Notes under the pieces: model-generated
Told to the model about the DNA's origin: nothing
The model's database searches: none
What the model saw: only the letters and a program-made list of their open reading frames with translations
DNA from: Anthoceros angustus
Taxonomy: Eukaryota > Plantae > Anthocerotophyta
DNA: 64,000 nt
Direction: 5' to 3'
Assembly: GCA_010909165.1 (NCBI GenBank)
Contig: MU008172.1
Span: 1,240,001 to 1,304,000, forward strand
Part shown: in pieces, positions 48,815 to 63,300 of the stretch
How the letters are laid out: each line of letters opens with the position of its first letter
Numbering within the stretch: position 1 is the first letter of the stretch
Position numbers and translations under genes: made by a program

Positions 48815-51083
48815 TGGAACAAAGGAGGTTCCAGGAGGAGGAGCACCACAAGAAGGTGGTCACGGGATCTTGGTGGTGAGAAAACGGAGATTTTGGGCGG
48901 ACTATGCCCTTCAAGCAAAGATGGCCAACCAGCTGCGGAAGTGAGGGAGGAGAATGTATCCCTCCATGTCAAGGTGGGGGAATTGACCACCGCGAGGGAC
49001 GCCTACAAGGGTAGGTGCGAGGAGGGAGAGTGGCCCACGGAGATTGATGATCTCCAAATGCAATATCATAGCTTGGGGGCTCACCTCCACAATAGGATTT
49101 TGAAGGCCAACAATGAGGTGTTGCGTTTGGCCAAGAGGAGGACATTGGGTCCTCATGATGATGACCGAAAGGAGCTGCAACAGGTGCAGCCAGAGGCCTC
49201 CGATTTTGATGAGGCCATCAGCGAAATGGACTCCGAGGAATCTGAGGAGTCAGGAGATGGGGGAGCGGCCGTAGCGCCAAGGGTGGAAGATGGCGCGGAG
49301 AGCAAGGAGGGGGCCACCTCACAGGGTCAACCTACCACGGTGGTGACCCGACCTACCACGGTAGTCTGGCGGACTACGTGGTGACCACCCTACCACGGTA
49401 GTCCGCTGCCACTGGGGTAGAGCCACCACGCCGTAGTCCGCCAGACCACCGGTAGGGCAGAGAGCTGCTGGGAGTCGGGCCGCCAAGGCCCGGCCGAGGA
49501 TGAAGGAGCCGGGGTCCAGAGTATACCCCTGGAGGCATGAGGTGGTGGGAGACAACCCCACCGGAGGAGACTAAGACGGGTCCACCGAGGAAGGGGAGGG
49601 TGAGAAGTTCCCCGCCCACGATAAGGGAGGAGGAGGAGGAGGAGGAGTCCAACGCAAAAGGGCCGGAAGTTAGACATCGGTGACAATTGGGGGGAAGATT
49701 TGAAGATGCTCATGATAGGTATGGACAAATTAAACAAGAGGAAGGAGCTCGGAGACCCAAGAGGCAGATGGAGAAAGAAGGAAAAGGTCGAGACTACCAT
49801 GGTAGGTGATGACCTACCCCGATGATGCCTACGTGAGGTCTTGATAGGCAGTGACGAGCGAGGGTGGAGAAAAGGCACAGGCGTGGAGGGGCGCGATTCT
49901 GGGACGGAGGAATCAGGCGCCCCATGATGGAGGAAGGGGCAAGATTGTACTTGCCCCACACATTAGGAAGATGACAAAGGGGAAGGGGCAAGAGCAAAAG
50001 GAGGGCGAGGGAGCCAATCCACAAGCGTCCCACCCAGTGAAGAAGGCGGAATGGTCAATGACCATAAATGAGCTTTGTAGAAGAATAGAAGGATAGGTGG
50101 TGATGTGACATCCTTCAAGGATGGTCTTAGGTGAAGTTACTAGAATAGAATTTAGGATCAGACAATAGACTTAGATGCGGACATTAAATCTTTGGCGGTA
50201 GGAAATAATAGAATTGGAAAAGGTGACTGCGGTAGGGTCACCTAAGGGAGGTTGTATGTGGAAGGCCTCCTATAAGAGGAGGAGGATTTCACAAAGTAAA
50301 GTATCATGTCTTGCGCCCACGCCATCGAGTCCTTTGCCATTACAGAGGAATTTCGTGCAGTGAGCCAACGTGGTAGAGAGGAAGTCGCGGTGGTGGTGCT
50401 TGGTGGAGGACTTGCTCGCAAGTGCCTAAACGAGTTGCTCCCTTGTGAATGGTTGTGGAAATTGCTTTGCTTTGGGTGTGTGGCAATGCCAGGGAACTCT
50501 CGGAGATTGATCCGGGAAAGACTCGAGGTTCTCGCCGTGTCAAACTCATAGCAACCGCCCAAGGAAGAACTTCTTTGGTGGAGGCCAGGCGGTTGTGCGT
50601 AGGCGGTCGAAACCGATGGCGAGGTTAGAATAGGAGGAAGAGGATGAGAGATGAGAAGATGAGTAGAGGATTAGAGGTGTAGGTGTTAGTGGAAGGCCAC
50701 AGGCGAGCCTAAGGGACGAATCCCAACTGCAAGTAAAGAGCGCCCCGAGTGGAGAAGAGTGGTCTTAGAAGTAGGGACGAAATCGCGTGTGGATCGGGGG
50801 TCCACAGGCGCCGTGATAGGCTCCTCTCTAAGGCGGGACACACTGTTGTGTCGTTGTAGGTCGAGGATTGGCGATTTTCGGCGATTAGTGGTGCTGTAAG
50901 AGGGAGAGTAGAGGCGCCTTGCTTGTTTAGAAGGTGAGTTGTGTCTCTGCGGTGTGATCGGTTATCACAGACCTCGAACTTTCACACAAGTCTCATGGGA
51001 CGAAACCCAGCGTCTGAGCGGCGGTGGGATAAGTGTGGCCGCTTATAGTGGGAGGACCTGAGTGCCCGGTTTTCCCTACCACA
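48815..51083 (+). mobile_element. Family C 5' LTR, 3' portion (5' part cut off where the inverted C element begins at 48809)
   Basis: Homologous to the reverse complement of 42092-43520 and to 21900-24206. It ends CCCTACCACA and is followed by TTTTTGGCGCG. Confidence 0.88.
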
Positions 51084-51097
51084 TTTTTGGCGCGTTC
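51084..51097 (+). promoter_or_regulatory. Probable PBS of family C (TGGCG type; tRNA not assigned)
   Basis: TTTTTGGCGCGTTC follows the LTR CA; the minus copy has TTTTGGCGTTAG. Confidence 0.6.
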
Positions 51098-51399
51098 TTG
51101 GGACTTGTTGAAAGTTTGAAGTTTTGTGGTTTCCATCGCTAGCTGCGGAATGTTTTCAAAGGGACCGAGGGTCACCATATGTTGTGAAGAAGGAACTTGC
51201 CTAAGTTGTCATAGGGGTGAATGGTTGAGACACTAAAGGGTGTGATTTGCTTCCTTCTTAACAAGTGGGTTGGAGGACATGAGGATGTTTGCGGATGTCG
51301 TAGGGGAGGATCTCAAGAGACCATAGAGGTCACCACCGTCACCGCAAGAGACGAGCTTTGGAAGAATCGCTAAGGAAGAGACCGCCGCTACCCGAGGCA

Positions 51400-54300
51400 G
51401 GAGGAAGAGTACGCGACGGAGGAAGTCGCCTTGACCCTAAAACGAAGGAGGCGGAACGACGGAGAAGGAGGAAGAAGAGGCGAGATCACCGACAAGAGGA
51501 AGGAGGTCGGAAGAGAATTGGTGTCCAGGAGGAAGAGGCGCCTCCGAGCACGACTCCACCGCCGCGAACGCGCGACCACGCTTGCTTTCGCGGTGAGACC
51601 ACCCCAACTTCCAAATGAATCGACTGACGACGAGGTCGCCGAGCGGGAATTTCAGCTTGGTCGGAGGATTTGGAACGACTCGATCGAATCTCGATCGATT
51701 GATCTTGGGACAACCACAGAGGGAGGTCGCTACTCCGCTGGTAGAAGATTTGCTCAAGGATCCCGATCTGCTTTCCCCAAGGAAGAAGAAGGGGGACATC
51801 CAACGAGCAACATGAGTGGAGTTGGTGGAGGAGGAGGACCGCCATACCCACATACGCCAAAGAATATTCAAAGCGAGAAGAAGAAGGAGATGACGCGGAG
51901 GCGCTTGTAAGAACTTTCGAGCACGCCTCCCACGCAATTTGGAGGATGGAGTCGCCGATCGATCGCGCATCTTCCGGATCGCCGAGAGGGCATAACAGGG
52001 TATGGTCGCACCTATAATTCGGTGGCGCCACGGATTGGGAAGCTCAAAGCGCCTTCTTGAATCGAGGGCTCAGCCACGCACACCACACTTTGGCAAAGTT
52101 GAGAACCCTCAAGGAAGAAACGAGAGTCGTTCGATTATGTGGAGAGGTTTTATATCCGATCGAGTTCAAATGTGCACCCGAGAGGCCGGAGATCCACCCA
52201 CTGGGTACTCACAAGAGCAAGCGTTGGATTGGTTTGTGAGTGGCTTGTCGCGAAAATGGAGGTACACCGCAGCGTGAACAAGACGTTAAGGAGCCTCCGC
52301 TTAGCCGAGGAATGGGAGTCCGCCGAGTTGGGGAGGAGGAAGAAGAGGCGAAGTCATAAGAAGAGGAAAGGATCGAGGAGATCTAGCTCGCCTTCCTCCA
52401 CCTCCAGCTGGCCGCCTCCCTCATCGAAGTGAGGACTGAACTCGTGAAAGCTCCACATCGGATGAAGAATCGAGAAGGCCTACGAACGATTTAATGAAGA
52501 AGGACCCGAGAAGGTCAAAACGACAAGAAGAGGCGGAACGCATTGGAGAAGGAGAGGAGGAAGACGGTCGGATGGAGAAGGAGAAACGTCAGGAGGAGGG
52601 ATTGCGGACAAGTGGAGGCTTTGACCAAGAGGTTGACCGAGTTAGAGGTCAAGCGTGAAGAATCAAGCTCCACGAAGATCTCCTCACCGCGAGAGCTTGG
52701 TGTATTGCTCAATGTCATCAAACGGGACACACCAACCGAGAATGTATTCGCGCACACGCCATGCGTAAATCATGTGGAAACCGCCATGCCGTGAGATTAT
52801 TGGTATGGACGGCAGTGGTCACCGAAGTCGGCCACCTCAATCAATGAGGGCGACTTACCAACCGACTACACCGCCCCTCAAGGTATGGATCACGACCGAC
52901 ATCGCCAGGACAATGGAGACCGATCCATCGCAGGCCGATGGCGATTCCAGTGGATGTTGTTATAATTGCGAGCACCGTGTCACTACTCAAACGAATGCCC
53001 GTAACCACGAAGCAAGTGGGTTATGTACCCTTTTGCTGTGTATGTAAGGAATTGGGACATAAAATGGGGATCCTGTGTACGGGTGGCGAGTGACACCAGA
53101 CGACTGTGAGTCGTTCACGAGCTCGAGCGAAGAGGCACGACCAATCCCGACCGACATTAGACACCGGTCAAGGTGGAGGAGGAAGAGGCGAGATCACCAA
53201 GCGAGAGGAAGGAGGTCGTGGAAGAGGGTGGTGTCGGCGAGGAAGTCGCCTGACTCCGAAGGGAGGCGGAACGACGGAGAAATTGGAGGAAGGAAGAGGC
53301 GAGATCACCGACAGCCGAGAGGAAGGAGGTCGGAAGAGAATTGTCCAAAGAGGAAGAGGCGCTCCGAGCACGACTACCGCCGCGAACGCCGCGTTTTTGC
53401 TTCTCAAAGCGTGATACCACCCCAGTGGCGGTGACGGCGAGGTCGTCGATGGTGGGGAATTTCGTGCTGGTCGGAGGATTTGGCGAACGACTCGATCGAA
53501 TCTCGATCGATTGATCTTGGGACGACCACAGAGGGAGGTCGCTACTCCTCCGTTGGTGAAGATTTCCGCATTCAAGGATCTCGATCATTTCTGTTACCGA
53601 AGAAGAAGCGTTGGCGTGGCACTGCGAGCAACATGAGTGGAGTTGGTGGAGGAGGAGCCTGACCCGACGCGTCAAATTGGCGAGAAGAAGAAGGAGATGA
53701 CGCGGAGGCGTTTGTAAGAACTTTCGAGCACGCCTCCCACGCTAATTTGGAGGATGGAGTCGCCGATCGCGCATCTTCCGGATCCGAGAGGGCATGCAGG
53801 GTATGGTCGCACCTACAATGCGGTGGCCGTGGTTGGGAAGCTCAAAGCGCCTTCTTGAATCGGTTCGAGGGCTCATTCGCACACCACACTTTGGCAAAGT
53901 TGAGAACCCTCAGGAAGAAACGAGAATCTTTGTTCGATTATGTGGAGAGGTTTTATGGATATCCGGATCGAGTTCAAATGTGCACCCGAGAGGCCGGAGA
54001 TCCACCCACTGGGTACTCACAAGAGCAAGCGTTGGATTGGTTTGTGAGTGGCTTGTCGCGAAAATGGAGGTACTGCGTGGGGCGAAGGCGTTGGCGGGGA
54101 GCCTCCGCTTAGCTGAGGAATGGGAGTCCGCCGAGTTGGGGAGGAGGAGAAGAAGAGGCGAAGTCATAAGAAGAGGAAAGGATCGAGGAGATCTAGCTCC
54201 TCGCCTCACCTCCTCCAGTCCGCCTCCCTCATCGAGGGGAGGCGGAACTCGAAAGCTCCACATCGGATGAAGAATCGAGAAGGCCTCTGAGCGGAATGAA

Positions 54301-57300
54301 GAAGGACCCGAGAAGGTCAAAAGACGACAAGAAGAGGCGGGCAGCGCATTGGAGAAGGAGAGGAAGGGAAGGCGGTCCGTCGGATGGAGAAGGAGAAACG
54401 TCGCAGGAGGAGGGATTCTTGGACAAGTGGAGGCTTTGACCAAGAGGTTGACCGAGTTAGAGGTCAAGCGTGAAGAATCAAGCTCCACGAAGATCTCCTC
54501 ACGGGGCAGTTGGTGTATTGCTCAATCCATCAAACGGGACACACCAACCGAGAATGTATTCGCGCACCACGACATGTGTCATGTGGAAACCGCCATGCCG
54601 GGAGATTATTGGTATGTGGATGAAGCCTACAGTGCTGCGGTCAGCTGGTCGGCCACCTCAATCAATGAGGGCGACTTACCAACCACACGGTTCCCTCAAG
54701 GTATGGATCGCGACCGACATCGCCAGGGCCATGGAGACCGGGCCGATGGCGATTCCACAGGGATGTTGTTATAATTGCGGAGCACCAGGTCACTACTCAA
54801 ACGAATGCCCAGAACCTCGGAAGCAAGTGGGTTATGTGCCCTTTTGCCAGGTATGTAAGGAATTGGGACATAAGATGGGGGATCCCAGGTGTACGGGAGT
54901 GGCGCGAGTGACACCACGACCAGTCGGGGTTCAAGAACTGGCGGAAGAGACCCAATCCGAGACCGCGATTCACGGTAACACGACAGGTCTTGAAGGTGGG
55001 CGGGTCGATTTCTCGGCTCGATGTGACATCCGGATTGTGGAAGAGGTATGAAGGAGAGATGAGCGGATGAAGGTTGATGGTGGCGGTGACCGGATCGGGA
55101 CCGTCGAGAGAAAGGCGAGTGCGGAAGAGGCGTGAGCACGAGGAAAGGAAGCGGAGGAAGGTGAGGGACGACTCACCTTGGCCCGGAGACGCGTGCGCGG
55201 AGAGGAGAAGGAACCCACCAGGAGGGCAGATCACCCCGGTCCGGCACCACGGTAGACAGCACTACCCCGTAGGGCGACGAAGGGCCAGGAGGAGGAACGA
55301 ATCGCTTCCTCCCGATATAGCGGCGGCGGCGGCCGGAAGATGAGCTAAACAGCTCACCCGACACGGAAGGTGGTCGCGAGCGAATTGTGGATCCGCTGCA
55401 TGGGTCCCACCGATAGGAGGGATCATGGAATCGAAACTTTACCAATAAGGTCGGAGTCGACCAGCTGTGGCTGCAAACGGGAGGAAACTTGTCGATAAGA
55501 TCTGGCCACGACGCATTACTTGACCGCGAATTTGTGGTCGGGCTGAGATGCTTGTTGGTGAGTCCGAGATCCCGCAAAATTGTGAAGGAGGCGATCGTGG
55601 GAATCCAAGGGAGGAGGAGAAAGCGGAGGTAAATGTGGTCGAACTCGTTGATTTGGGGCACCCGAGATTGAGGTTGAGATTGCGGGTGTTTGGTGCCCAA
55701 CGTGCCATTAGATTCGGATCGGAGTCAACTTGATGACGGAGGAGACGGCTCATCAACTCACCGAGTTTCACCCGCCCGAGTATTTTACGGATGGCCGACT
55801 GCATAAGGAGAAAGCCGGTGAAGAATGTACCCACTGATTGGGGTCTCACCTTCCATCTTACCTACATTGTGATGCGCGGTTCGGATTTAGGCTATAAGGT
55901 TTTGATAGGTAGGCCTTGGTTGTATGGTACCGCGGTGTTTTTGATTTTGGTCGAGTGGCATCACCTTCAAGTCCAAGAGAAACGACCGCGGCGATCGCTT
56001 TTGTGTCATGGAGCAAGGCTCCTATGAGGGGAGTCTGCAACCACTGACGGGTACACCTGTAGCACGGGTAAGCTCGCAAAAGGACGAGCATATCGGGGTC
56101 CTCAGGTCACCAAATAAAGAGTGATTTTGGTGTACTGCTTACATATAGAGGAAGTCAGAGGAGTCCGAGGATGAGGCCCATAGAGAAGGAGTAGCCTTTT
56201 GGAAGGGTAAGGCCTATGATCGAGATTTTCCAAGAGGGATCCGAACCAAGATAGGTAGCACCGAGGAACATATGTAGATCCCGGCGTCAGAGAAGACCTA
56301 GAGTTAGAACCTAGCAAGGTAGTCAAGATTTCTAAGTACCTAGGACAGAGAAAGAAGAGTTTCAGATGCTTAGAGTATGTCGATGTGTTTGCCTTCAAGA
56401 TTACGACATGAATACCGAAGAACCGGGGATACATCGAATCGACTTGAAGGAGGGCAAGACTGAGGATCAAGCAATACAGCCGAATCCCAAGTATTCCATG
56501 GTTGTTAAGGATCACCGACCAATATTTGGAGGGTGATTTATCCGGCTCACCAAAGGAGTGGGTCCCATCGTGATTGTACCAAAGAAGCGCAGGGAAAGGT
56601 TGTGTCAAGATTTCGTGAAGCTCAATGAAGCAACGAAGAAGGATCATCACCCTTTACCTTTCATGGACAGCAGGGACATGAATGGACATGAGATGTACAG
56701 CTTGATGGATATTCGGTACAATCAAATTTCGGAAGGAGGATCGTGACAAGACAACGCTCACGACGGATTGGGGAACTTACGCTATTCAAGCTCCCTTCGG
56801 GTTGTGCAATGCCCCGCCACTTTCCAAGGTGAACGCGATATTCCGAGATTTTCCGAGGAAGGAGGCAGGCGTTCCTCCGATGTCGAAGTGCGGCGATCTT
56901 TGGAGGATGAGCTAAACAGCTCACCCGACACGGAAGGTAGTCGGAGCCAAAATTGTGGATCCCGGGTATAGGATCCCACCGATAGGAGGGATCATGGAAT
57001 CGAACTTTACCAATAAGGTCGGAATCGACCAGCGCCCGGGAGGCAAGCAGGAGAAACCTTGTCGATAAGATCTGGCCACGACGCATTACTTGAATTTGTG
57101 GTCATTGAGATGCTTGCGGTGAGTCCGAGATCCCGCAAAATTGTGAAGGAGGCGATCGTGGGAATCCACAAGGGAGGAGGAGAAAGCGGCGGTGAGGTAA
57201 ATGTGGTCGAACTCGTTGATTTGGGGCACCCGAGATTGAGGTTGAGATTGCGGGTGTTTGGTGCCCAACGTGCCATTAGATTCGGATCGGAGTCAACTTG

Positions 57301-60300
57301 ATGACGGAGGAGACGCTCATCAACTTGGGTTCACCGAGTTTCACCCGCCCGAGTATTTTACGGATGATGTGCATAAGGAGGAAGCCTGTCAAGAATGTAC
57401 CCACTGATTGGGGTCTCACCTTCCATCTTACCTACATTGTGATGCGGCGGTTTGGATTAGGCTATAAGGTTTTGATAGGCGGCCTTGGTTGTATGGTACC
57501 GCGGTGTTTTTGATTTTGGTCGAGTGGCATCACCTTCAAGTCCGATGAAACGGACTGCGGCGATCGCTTTTGTGTCATGGAGCAAGGCTCCTATGAGTCC
57601 AATCGATCGGTACACCTCGTGTACGGGGAGCTCCTCGGGCAGTGACCAAGCATATCGGGGTCCTTCAGTCGAGGTCGCCAAAATAAAGAGTGATTTGGTG
57701 TACGCCTGTTTACATATAGAGGAAGTCGTAGAGGAGTCCGAGGATGAGGCACATAGGGAAGGTGTAGCCTTTTGGAAGGGTAAGGCCTATGATCGAGATT
57801 TTCCGGAGGAGGGGTCCGGAACCAGTATAGGTAGCAGTCCAGAAGGAACATATGTAGATCCCGATGCTGTAGAAGACCTAGAGTTAGAACCTAGCAAGGT
57901 AGTCAAGATTTCTAGGTACCTAGGACAGGTAGAGAAAGAGGAGTTTCAGTGTGCTTAGGGAGTATGTCGATGTGTTTGCCTTCAAGATTACGACATGACA
58001 GAATCTAGGAAGCGGGATACATCGAATCGACTTGAAGGAGGGCAGCACTCCGGTGAGGATCAAGCAATACAGGCTGAATCCCAAGTATTCCATGGTTGTT
58101 AAGGATCAGCTCGACCAATATTTGGAGGCTGGGGTAATTTATCCGGTGCTCACAAGCGAGTGGGTCGCACCCATCGTGATTGTACCAAAGAAGCAGCAGG
58201 GAAAGGTTTGAGTGTGTCAAGATTTCAGGAAGCTCAATGAAGCGACGAAGAAGGATCATCACCCTTTACCTTTCATGGATGTCTTGGACATGGCGGACAT
58301 GAGATGTACAGCTTGATGGATTCGGTACAATCAAATTTCGGAAGGAGGATCGTGACAAGACAACGCTCACACGGATTGGGGAACTTACGCTATTCAAGCT
58401 CCCTTCGGGTTGTGCAATGCCCCGCCACTTTCCAGCGTGTGGTGAACGCGATATTCCGAGATTTTCCGAGGAAGTTCATGGAGGTATTCGGATGATTTCG
58501 TGTTTGGGAGAACTGCATTTAGACCATTTGAGGCAATGTTTCTGGAGTCGAACATGAAACTTCATCCGGGAAGTGTTATTTTGGCATGACGGAGGGCATT
58601 TTGTTAGCACATCGAGTCTCTCAGACGAGGATTGCGTAGATAAGGAGAAAGGTAGTTATAGAGATGGACGACACAAACGGTGAGGCAAAGTAGCTTTTGT
58701 AGGGCTAGTAGGGTATTACAGAGGTTCATCAAGGATTTCGCCAAGAAGGCAGCCTTGTTGACACAATTGACCAAGAAGGATACACCTTCGAATGGACCAA
58801 TGCAAGACAGAGGCTTTTCAGCTGAAGGACAGCTTGGTGAACGCGATATTCCGAGATTTTCTGAGGAAGTTCATGGAGGTATTCCTGGATGATTTCTGCG
58901 TGTTTGGGAGGAGAGACCTGCATCTAGACCATTTGAGGCAATGTTTTCAGAAGTGCAGGGAGTCGAACATGAAACTTCATCCGGGGAAGTGTTATTTTGG
59001 CATGACGGAGGGCATTTTGTTAGCACATCGAGTCTCTGTACGAGGATTACGGTAGATAAGGAGAAAGTCGTAGTTATAGCTGAGATGGACGCACCACAAA
59101 CGGTGAGACAGGTGCGAGCTTTTGTAGGACTCGTAGGGTATTACAGGAGGTTCATCAAGGATTTCGCTAAGAAGGCAGCCTTGTTGACACAATTGACCAA
59201 GAAGGATACACCCTTCGAATGGACCAATGCAAGACAGGAGGCTTTTCGTGGTGAAGGACGCTTGGTGAGCGCACAACGTTACAACCCATGGAGGGTTTCA
59301 TGTATACGTGGATGTGTCCGCTATGCCATTGGGACCGCCTTAAGCCGTATGAGAAGAAACGGATCATCCGATTTTCTATGCAGAGAACCACGATGCGAAA
59401 AGAACTACTCAACCACGGAGGGAGGGTCTTGGTATCATTTACTCGTAAGAAGTTTAGACACTATCCGCTTGCTTGCAAGGTGACGCTTCATGTTGACCAT
59501 TTTGCGTTGAAGTATCTTGTCAACAAGCCGATTTGTCGAAGGATTGCCGATGGGTATATCGCTGCAAGAGTTTGACTACGACGAGAAACTAGGCCAGGAA
59601 GCAACATCGATCGATTTCATTTCTCGTCGAAACCGGAGAGCGACTTGAAGCCACTGATCGATTTCGACGAGGAGTTGGTTGCCACATGGTCAAGGGGAGG
59701 ACGTGAGCATGTTGTAGACGGCCTAAGAATTGATCAGCAAGTCTTGTTGCCAGCAGAGAGGCCAAATGAGCAAGAAGGGAGCAGGTGAAAAGCCGCAGCA
59801 GGACAACTGGAACCGAGGAGATAGGATGGCGCCAGCATGGGCGCAAGGAGGAGGCTGGAATGCTCCTCAAGGGTGAGCCGAGGGCTGCAAGTGGAGGCCA
59901 CGTTGGCAAGAAGAAGCAAAACGACATGAGAGCACCGCTTTTGAGCGAGAGGAAGGCCCCACTTGGCGGTCGGGTGCGCCATGAGGCCGCGAGGAGGAGA
60001 AGGCCCTAGGGAGGTGGTGCGCAGAGGGCGGGAAGGAGATGCCATCATGACAAGTTTGAAGAAATTGGAGAGGGAGGTGGCGATTCATGGGCAATCACTC
60101 AAGACCATGGAGGTGCAACAAGGCGAGGAGGTCGCCATGGAGCACGAGATGGACCTAGACACGAGGCTAGACCAGGGGAATGGACGAAATCAACGTTAAT
60201 AGAGGAGCATGCGACGACCGCAGTCAAGGAACGCAAGATGGGCGGGCATGGAGAGGATGGATACACGCCATCCGGAGCTACTAACGGACGTCCTAGGAGG

Positions 60301-63300
60301 AGGCGAGACCGGAAGGAGGAGATTAGAACGTGAGGGGCGTTCATGCCCGATATTTGTTGAGCGTGAAGTACGAATTCTCGGAGCATGGAATCATGCCGAT
60401 GGTTTGTCAAGGGAAGGGCGAGAAGAAACGGATCATCCGATTTTCTATGCGAGCACTCACGGAGAAAGAACTACTCAACCACGGAGCGGAGGGTCTTGGT
60501 ATCATTTACTCGTAAGAAGTTTAGACACTATCCGCTTGCTTGCAAGGTGACGCTTCATGTTGACCATTTTGCGTTGAAGTATCTTGTCAACAAGCCGATT
60601 TGTCGAAGGATTGCCGATGGGTACTGCAAGAGTTTGACTACGACGAGAAACTAGGCTGTGGAAGCAACATCGAATCGATTTCATTTCTCGCTGGCGGAGG
60701 CGACTTGAAGCCACAGATGACCGATTTCGACGAGGAGTTGGTTGCCACGCTGGGTCAAGGGGAGGACGTGAGCATGTTGTAGACGGCCTAAGAATTGATC
60801 AGCAAGTCTTGTTGCCAGCAGAGAGGCCAAATGAGCAAGAAGGGCGTTTTTCTCCATAAAGCCGCAGCAGGACAACTGGAACCGAGGAGATAGGATGGCG
60901 CGGCGCAAGGAGGAGGCTGGAATGCTCCTCAAGGGTGAGCAGGAGGCTGCAAGTGGAGGCCACGTTGGCAAAAGGAAGCAAAACGACATGAGAGCACCGC
61001 TTTTGAGCGAAGGAAGGCCCCACGTGGCCAGCCGGGCGCCATGGGCCGCGAGGAGAAGGCCCTAGGGAGGTGGACGCTGAGGCAAGGAAGGAGATGCCTT
61101 CATGACAAGTTTGAAGACTTGCAGAGAGGGAGGTAGCGGATTCATGGGAAATCACCCCGCAAGACGGCATGGAGGTGCAACAAGGCGAGGAGGTCGCCAT
61201 GGGAGCACGAGCTGGACCTAGACACGAGGCTAGACCAGCAGGAATGGACGAAATCAGTCCGTTAATAGAGGAGGAGCATGCGGACGGACTGCAGGTCAAG
61301 GAACGTGCAGCATGGGCGAAGCAGGGAGGCCATGGACCCGTAGATGGATACACGCCATCTGGAGCTACTAACGGACGACCTAGGAGGAGGCGACGTAGTG
61401 CGCCTGGAAGGAGGAGATTAGAACGTGAGGGGCGTTCATGCCCAAGATACCTGTTGAGCAGTGAAGTACGCAAGTTCCTGGAGCATGGAATCATGCCGGA
61501 TGGTTTGTCCAGGGAAGGGCGGGCTGTTTTTCTCCATAAAGCCGCACCCTATTGCCTAAGGGAAGGCATCCTGTACAAACTTGGGCCGGACGAGATCCAC
61601 TTGTCTCGGTTAAGGAGGTCACTGCCACGGAGGCACATATGCAAGAGGCAGGACACTATTCGCAGTGACCGTTAAGAAGATTTTGAATGGGGGTCGTGGG
61701 CTACGATGCAAAAGGATGTGTGGAGTTCACCGGAGGTGTGATGCGTGTCGAGGGTTGCCACGTTGTCGACACAATGGCCTCTTACCTACATCTTACCTAG
61801 CACCGCTCGAGAAGTGGGGAATCGATTTCAGACCAATCAAACCACCAACGCAATGGACGAGGAAGCGACATTTTGGTGGCTACGGATTATTGTAAAAGAT
61901 GGTGGAGGTGAAGCAACGAGGAAGGACGACCTAGGAGGAGGCGACGTAGTGCGCACAGGAGGAGATTAGAACGTGAGGGGCGTTCATGCCCGATATTTGT
62001 TGAGCGTGAAGTACGAATTCTCGGAGCATGGAATCATGCCGGATGGTTTGTCCAGGAAGGGCGGGCTGTTTTTCTCCATAAAGCCGCACCCTATTGCCTA
62101 AGGGAAGGCATCCGTACAAACTTGGGCCGGACGAGATCCGACTGTCTCGGTTAAGGAGGTCGCCATGGAGGTGCAACAAGGCGAGGAGGAGAAGGCCCTA
62201 GGGAGGTGGACACTATTCGCAGTGACCGTTAAGAAGATTTTGAATGCGGTTCGGTGGGCTACGATGCAAAAGGATGTGTGGAGTTCACCGGAGGTGTGAT
62301 GCGTGTCGAGGGTTGCCCACGTTGTCGACACAATGGCCTCTTACCTACATCTTACCTAGCACCGCTCGAGAAGTGGGGAATCGATTTCAGACCAATCAAA
62401 CCACCAACGCAATGGACGAGGAAGCGACATTTTGGTGGCTACGGATTATTGTAAAAGATGGTGGAGGTGAAGCAACGAGGAAGGACGACCTAGGAGGAGG
62501 CGACGTAGTGCGCACAGGAGGAGATTAGAACGTGAGGGGCGTTCATGCCCGATATTTGTTGAGCGTGAAGTACGAATTCTCGGAGCATGGAATCATGCCG
62601 GATGGTTTGTCCAGGAAGGGCGGGCTGTTTTTCTCCATAAAGCCGCACCCTATTGCCTAAGGGAAGGCATCCGTACAAACTTGGGCCGGACGAGATCCGA
62701 CTGTCTCGGTTAAGGAGGTCGCCATGGAGGTGCAACAAGGCGAGGAGGAGAAGGCCCTAGGGAGGTGGACACTATTCGCAGTGACCGTTAAGAAGATTTT
62801 GAATGCGGTTCGGTGGGCTACGATGCAAAAGGATGTGTGGAGTTCACCGGAGGTGTGATGCGTGTCGAGGGTTGGGCGGCCTCGTTGTCGACACAATGGC
62901 CTCTTACCTACATCTTACCGTTAGCACCATTCGAGAAGTGGGGAATCGATTTCGTGGGCCAATCAAACCACCAACGCAATGGACAAGGAAACAGTACATT
63001 TTGGTGGCTACGGATTATTGCACAAAGATGGTGGAGGCGGACGAGGAAGGACGGCCTGCTGGCAAAATTTTTATTCGAGAACATCGCACGGTGTCCTTTG
63101 GAGTTGGTTAGACCAGGGGACACATTTCCTCAACTCGTTGAGTCCCTAACCACCTATTTTCAACATTCGCATCGAAGACGACCCCTACAACCCCAAAGCG
63201 AATGGATTGACGGAGAAGACAAATGGGTTGCTGTGCACAATCCTCACCAAGGTAGATAACGCATGTATGATTGGGATGCTAAGTTGCATTCGACCATGGG

